DNA from: Vicingaceae bacterium
Lineage (GTDB): Bacteria; Bacteroidota; Bacteroidia; Flavobacteriales_E; Vicingaceae
Direction: 5' to 3'
DNA: 64,000 nt
Assembly: GCA_040220135.1 (NCBI GenBank)
Contig: JAVJTT010000025.1
Location: 106,146-170,145 of the forward strand
The notes below the pieces were generated by a model. It worked only from the letters and a program-made list of their open reading frames with translations, was not told the origin of the DNA and did no database searches. The translations under genes and the position numbers were made by a program. Shown one piece after another: positions 60,054 through 64,000 of this stretch (its first letter is position 1; each line of letters starts with the position of its first letter).

Positions 60054-60827
60054 ATGGAAAAATATAAATTGGGCTTAACACTATCCGGTGGAGGAATGAG
60101 TTGTGCTGCCCAAATTGGAGTGCTCAAAGTATTTGAGGAAGAAGGTATTTCTCCCTCTATCATTTCAGGAGCAAGTGGAGGAGCCATTGTTGGTGCTTTA
60201 TTGGCGAAAGGAATTCCCTGCGAAGAAATCTTGAAGATATTTAAAAAGGTAGACTTGTTTTCTTTTACCCATTTTATCCATAAAAAACCGGGCTTATTTG
60301 ATATTGAAAGTTATCAAATTTTAGAGCAATACTTTCCTGAGGACTCCTTTGAATCATTGAAAATCCCGCTGATTATTAATGCTACGCACCTTCAAAAAGG
60401 AACAACCGTTTATTTCTTCGAAGGAAAACTCATCAAGAAGATTTTTGCATCATCCGCTTTTCCCGCACTCTTTGCTCCGGTAAACATCAATAATAAACTG
60501 TTTGCCGATGGTGGAATTTTAGAGAATCTACCTACTTCTGCGATCAGAAAGAAGTGTCAGAAACTAATTGCCATTAACGTAAATGCTGTACCTGAAATTT
60601 CCGCTCCTTTTATAGATACTACCATGGAAGTTTTTAGCAGAGCCATACGGTTAACACTGAACCATCAAAAAACCTTCAAGCAGGAAGATTGTGATGTACT
60701 GATTACTCCAAATGCCGTTGCTGAGCATCCTCTTTTCTCTAAAAACTCAGTAGATAAATTGTTTGAAATTGGTTATAAAGAAGGGAAGAAGCAAATCAAC
60801 CAACTCAAAAAACTTTTATCTCCATGA
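60054..60827 (+). CDS. Patatin-like phospholipase
   Basis: GLTLSGGGMSCAAQIG (oxyanion), GASGGA (G-x-S-x-G), ADGG (catalytic Asp). Confidence 0.85.
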   Translation: MEKYKLGLTLSGGGMSCAAQIGVLKVFEEEGISPSIISGASGGAIVGALLAKGIPCEEILKIFKKVDLFSFTHFIHKKPGLFDIESYQILEQYFPEDSFESLKIPLIINATHLQKGTTVYFFEGKLIKKIFASSAFPALFAPVNINNKLFADGGILENLPTSAIRKKCQKLIAINVNAVPEISAPFIDTTMEVFSRAIRLTLNHQKTFKQEDCDVLITPNAVAEHPLFSKNSVDKLFEIGYKEGKKQINQLKKLLSP

Positions 60828-61354
60828 AAACCCTTCTCATTTCTTATTCTTTAAGTGGCAACAATGAAGCCGTGGCAAATCGGATAGCGAAACAACTTCC
60901 TGCTGATCATTTACAATTAACAGAGTCATCGAAAAGAGGATTTTTTCGAATTTCTATCGATCTAATTTTCAATAGAACGCCTAAGGTACAACCTACCGCC
61001 ATTCCTATGGAAGATTATGATTTTGTTGTGCTAATCGGACCTGTTTGGATGGGGAAAATTGCTTTTCCGCTCAGGTCATGTTTGAGCCAATTAAAAAAGA
61101 ACCTCAAGCCCTATGCTTTTGTCTCTGTTTGTGGTGGTTCAAACGGCAAGCATCCAACATTGGAAGTAGAATTATTAAAAAGAACAGGCATAGAACCTAC
61201 TGCAGTGATAGAAATGCACATTGCCAATCTTTTGCCTCAAAATGTAGAACCAAGCTATAAGGCTATTAATGCTTATCAATTAACAGACGAGGATTTTGAT
61301 CAGTTAAGCCTCAACGTAATAGAACAACTAAAAACGGTTTTAGATAAAATGTGA
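60824..61354 (+). CDS. Flavodoxin-like fold protein
   Basis: MKTLLISYSLSGNNEAVANRIAKQL and FVVLIGPVWMG. 4-nt overlap with the patatin gene. Confidence 0.55.
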   Translation: MKTLLISYSLSGNNEAVANRIAKQLPADHLQLTESSKRGFFRISIDLIFNRTPKVQPTAIPMEDYDFVVLIGPVWMGKIAFPLRSCLSQLKKNLKPYAFVSVCGGSNGKHPTLEVELLKRTGIEPTAVIEMHIANLLPQNVEPSYKAINAYQLTDEDFDQLSLNVIEQLKTVLDKM

Positions 61355-61499
61355 TTGAATGTGTAAGTAAAATCCATTAACCAATTGGGACTAATATAGA
61401 AAAGAGATAATCAAAAGAATATACATCTTGGTTCAACGGGATAATATACAACAGATCAAGTAGAATTACTCTTGGGTAAACATACCGCATACCCCACAA

Positions 61500-61798
61500 T
61501 CACTGCAAATAGCCAAAAGCAATACTAACCATGATTAAATTAATTCCCAACACAAATATGGCGTAAGGAACAAAGAAACTGATCAATAACAAACCACCGC
61601 CAATTAACTCTATGTAAGAAGAAACAAATGCTGACATTTTCGAAACCACAGGGGCACTTTTCTTTGTCTACACCCTTCTTAAAATACTCGACAGTTCTCT
61701 TCTAATCCAATCCTGAAAATTTTATCATAAGCCTGAAACAAGAATAAACTACCAAGAATAACTCTTAGCATAAAAGGAAGAAATGGATCTACAGCCAT
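61500..61798 (-). pseudogene. DoxX-like membrane protein gene broken by at least two frameshifts
   Basis: My translation gives frame 1 MAVDPFLPFMLRVILGSLFLFQAYDKIFRIGLEENCRVF*, a second frame EYFKKGV..., and a third frame MSAFVSSYIELIGGGLLLISFFVPYAIFVLGINLIMVSIAFGYLQ*. Confidence 0.45.
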
Positions 61799-61888
61799 TT
61801 TATTGGATTTAAATAATGATAATCGTTAGGTGGAGAAATGATTGAGGTCAAACAATATGGATTGCTCTGTTAACGGTAAATTAAAAAA

Positions 61889-62728
61889 TCACATACCATT
61901 AATTCCATTTTGAAAAGCTTTTAAAACACTAAGGGCATATTCAATTTCCCAATCTTTAGCTCTTGCCCACTCTTTGGCTATGACCGACTTTTTACCATTA
62001 GTAAGATTATTCTCTAATACATTTTGAATTCTGCTCTCTAAGTTTTTTGACTTACTTAAATGTAATTTTGCTTTTCGTCCTAAAACTTCTGCAGCAATTT
62101 TAAGTTGATCAAATCCTTCAGCGGGAAATGTATCGTGATGGAATTCGACTATTTCATCATAATTCAAATTGAAATAATGCTCTATTATTCTCAAAATGTC
62201 TGAAAGGTCATTTTCTCGTTCTTCAGGTCTGTCACTCCAAGCAACTAACTTTAAAATTACCATTCCTTCTAAGGGTGGTATGTTTACTATTTTCTCCTCA
62301 ATGTGAACTGTTGAAGGGTTTTGTAACACTTCTTTAAATCCTAATACATGTAAATCAGTGTAACGCTCGTTAAATTGAATAGTGTCTTGCTCTTCAATTT
62401 CTCCAAACGGAAGTAAATCTATCGCAACATTGTATTGGTCAGAGTAAAAAGTTCTTGGAGCTTTTACACTTTTAAACCCTTCTTTTTCAAGCGAACTACT
62501 TAGCTCTTCATACTCTTGCAAGGTAGCTATCATAATGGCCAAATCAATGTCCTTTGTTCCTCTATTTGGTTCAATTCCATCTTTCAATAACTCCAATGCA
62601 ATTGCACTTACACCTATTAAATAATAGGGAATATTGTGATGAACCAATACCTTGTCAATGCAATCGAAGGCTTCTTTAAAATGAGGTATGGCTAACTCTT
62701 TATAGCTTTGCTTCGATGTATTTTTCAT
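61889..62728 (-). CDS. Nucleotidyltransferase, AbiEii/AbiGii-toxin-like (tentative)
   Basis: 279 aa. YYLIGVSAIALELL...RGTKDIDLAI follows the NTase G[GS]-x(n)-D-x-D pattern as in DUF1814/AbiEii. Overlaps the upstream gene by 29 nt. Confidence 0.5.
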   Translation of the reverse strand: MKNTSKQSYKELAIPHFKEAFDCIDKVLVHHNIPYYLIGVSAIALELLKDGIEPNRGTKDIDLAIMIATLQEYEELSSSLEKEGFKSVKAPRTFYSDQYNVAIDLLPFGEIEEQDTIQFNERYTDLHVLGFKEVLQNPSTVHIEEKIVNIPPLEGMVILKLVAWSDRPEERENDLSDILRIIEHYFNLNYDEIVEFHHDTFPAEGFDQLKIAAEVLGRKAKLHLSKSKNLESRIQNVLENNLTNGKKSVIAKEWARAKDWEIEYALSVLKAFQNGINGM

Positions 62729-63671
62729 AAATCATTTTTGCCGTTTCTCTGTTCCTTTTTCCTCCTTCGAGTATTAATTCCGCATAAATCAGAATAGGAG
62801 GAGTCGTTTTTTCCTCTTCTAAATTGTTCCAAAACAAATCAAGCACTTCCACCGCTCCTTTCTTATCGGGAACAAGCCTATAGTTTCTTAATAGGTCGAT
62901 AGTATCTTCTTTGGTATAGAGAATAAATTTTTCAGGTCTTAAATGATTCGTCAACAAGTCTGCTGCAGGCTCTCCTCCCCAAACAGTTTGTTTGCTATCC
63001 AAATTTAGTTCTTGCCAATTATCCTTAAGATCATATCGATCCTTAATTAACTTGGGTCTCAAATCCGTGGCATATTGGTTAATCCATCTATCTAAAAGCT
63101 CTTTTCGATGTTCCCAAACGTAGGTTTTTCTGTTAAGTGCCAGCAAGTAGCCTGTTTCTTTCAACCCATTTATTACCTGAGGAATATTTCCTAAACCAAC
63201 TCCTGCTATTTCAGCTATTTCTCTTTGTGTTTGATTGACCAAATCAGCATTCAACAAAAAGTGAAAAACAACCTTAAGTCCTGTTTTGGTAAAAGCCCTA
63301 TTGGTATTTTCTTTCTTGAGTTTTTCTTTTTTATTAGTATCAATAAAAAGATAAAACTCTTTGTTTTGGATGAATAAATTTCCGTTGCTTTCTAGGTAGG
63401 CAATTCCTTTCTTTCGCAATTCCTCCTTTATTTTAGGAAAGATATTTTCAGCAATTACAATTAAATTGGCATGCTGATGATGTAGCTTTTCAATTGGCTG
63501 CAATTGATGCAGTCTCAGTTCTTTTTTTACTTCTGCTACAAAATTGTACACCTTACCATTTATGGTCAATTGAAGCTTTCCGTCCAACTCTCCACTATCA
63601 AGTAAAAACCCTTCAATATCAATTGTATGCTTTAGGTTTATTAATGCCTTATGTATGACCTCTTGCTTCAT
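62700..63671 (-). CDS. wHTH regulator, AbiEi-antitoxin-like partner (tentative)
   Basis: 323 aa. Central wHTH QREIAEIAGVGLGNIPQVINGLKETGYL. C-terminal WGGEPAADLLTNHLRPEKFILYT. Confidence 0.4.
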   Translation of the reverse strand: MKQEVIHKALINLKHTIDIEGFLLDSGELDGKLQLTINGKVYNFVAEVKKELRLHQLQPIEKLHHQHANLIVIAENIFPKIKEELRKKGIAYLESNGNLFIQNKEFYLFIDTNKKEKLKKENTNRAFTKTGLKVVFHFLLNADLVNQTQREIAEIAGVGLGNIPQVINGLKETGYLLALNRKTYVWEHRKELLDRWINQYATDLRPKLIKDRYDLKDNWQELNLDSKQTVWGGEPAADLLTNHLRPEKFILYTKEDTIDLLRNYRLVPDKKGAVEVLDLFWNNLEEEKTTPPILIYAELILEGGKRNRETAKMIYEKYIEAKL

Positions 63672-63858
63672 TGTTCACAAATATACTAAGTTCACGTAAC
63701 GTGAACAAGTTTATTTTATGAACATAACTAATAAAGATAAATGACTTCTATTTTTAAGTAATCGTTGTTAACGCTATGTATAAATTGAGTGATAAGTGAA
63801 TTAATTGTTTTTATAATTATTCCATGCATCACGTAACTGATTGGCTATAGGAGTTAGG

Positions 63859-64000
63859 CTAATCGGGATCCGTTGTCTCCATATCGGCTGTTAGGCGTCT
63901 ATATTCAGTCTCTGCAAGTCCTGAAGTCACTAAATATTTTAAATCAATGGTTGGATATTCATTTTCAATAACATCTACAAGATCATCAGAAAATGAACTG
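63859..64000 (-). CDS. 3' end of an unidentified gene running in from beyond the window end
   Basis: My translation of the open frame from 63999 is SSFSDDLVDVIENEYPTIDLKYLVTSGLAETEYRRLTADMETTDPD*, with TAG at 63859-63861. Confidence 0.3.
   Translation of the reverse strand, partial: SSFSDDLVDVIENEYPTIDLKYLVTSGLAETEYRRLTADMETTDPD

Noticed and set aside
1-64000. tRNA, rRNA, tmRNA or RNase P genes.
   Set aside because: Reading the intergenic regions, I found no cloverleaf-compatible segment with a GTTCGAATC-type T-loop and no rRNA-like stretch. This was not an exhaustive computational scan.

Overview
This 64-kb chromosomal window reads as Bacteroidota, probably Flavobacteriia-like. The evidence is T9SS type A and type B C-terminal sorting domains, a PorP/SprF gene, TAnnTTTG-type -7 promoter boxes, many lipoprotein signals, and tightly packed genes with ATGA/TAATG junctions. 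All domain calls come from hand-read motifs and memory of family signatures; no searches were run.

Layout:
- 1-10.9 kb: MFS sugar porter, Tat-signal PLP enzyme, an M43 protease -> PorP/SprF -> OmpA-like operon, and a divergent 1455-aa PKD-repeat T9SS type B cargo.
- 10.9-26.2 kb: accessory block with every gene on the minus strand. It holds three secreted proteins sharing a C-terminal module, a nonsense-interrupted RAYT (Y1 transposase) with REP hairpins, and an RloC-like zinc-hook ABC ATPase/anticodon nuclease coupled to a DUF2130 coiled-coil nuclease-like protein (top candidate for an undescribed defence system). It also holds an 11-gene string of small exported, membrane and sensor-domain proteins around a secreted DRGH nuclease, downstream of a LytTR/TPR-histidine-kinase pair.
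- 28.9-31.8 kb: pxpABC, with pxpB and pxpC split by 595 nt made of 2.7 tandem structured repeats.
- 31.9-36.3 kb: S74 tail-fibre-like surface protein, T9SS cargo proteins, a second M43 protease and an LRR protein.
- 36.4-37.6 kb: degraded non-coding stretch.
- 38.2-42.8 kb: cyanophycin cluster cphA/cphB/iaaA.
- 43-61 kb: stress island with three tandem-USP genes plus a USP relic, Hsp20, thioredoxin, a CbpA-like J-protein, Na/Pi transporter, patatin, SDR and others. It carries recurring promoter-proximal elements and duplicated segments.
- 61.9-63.7 kb: AbiE-like toxin-antitoxin pair.

I recognised no rRNA, tRNA, CRISPR array or prophage.
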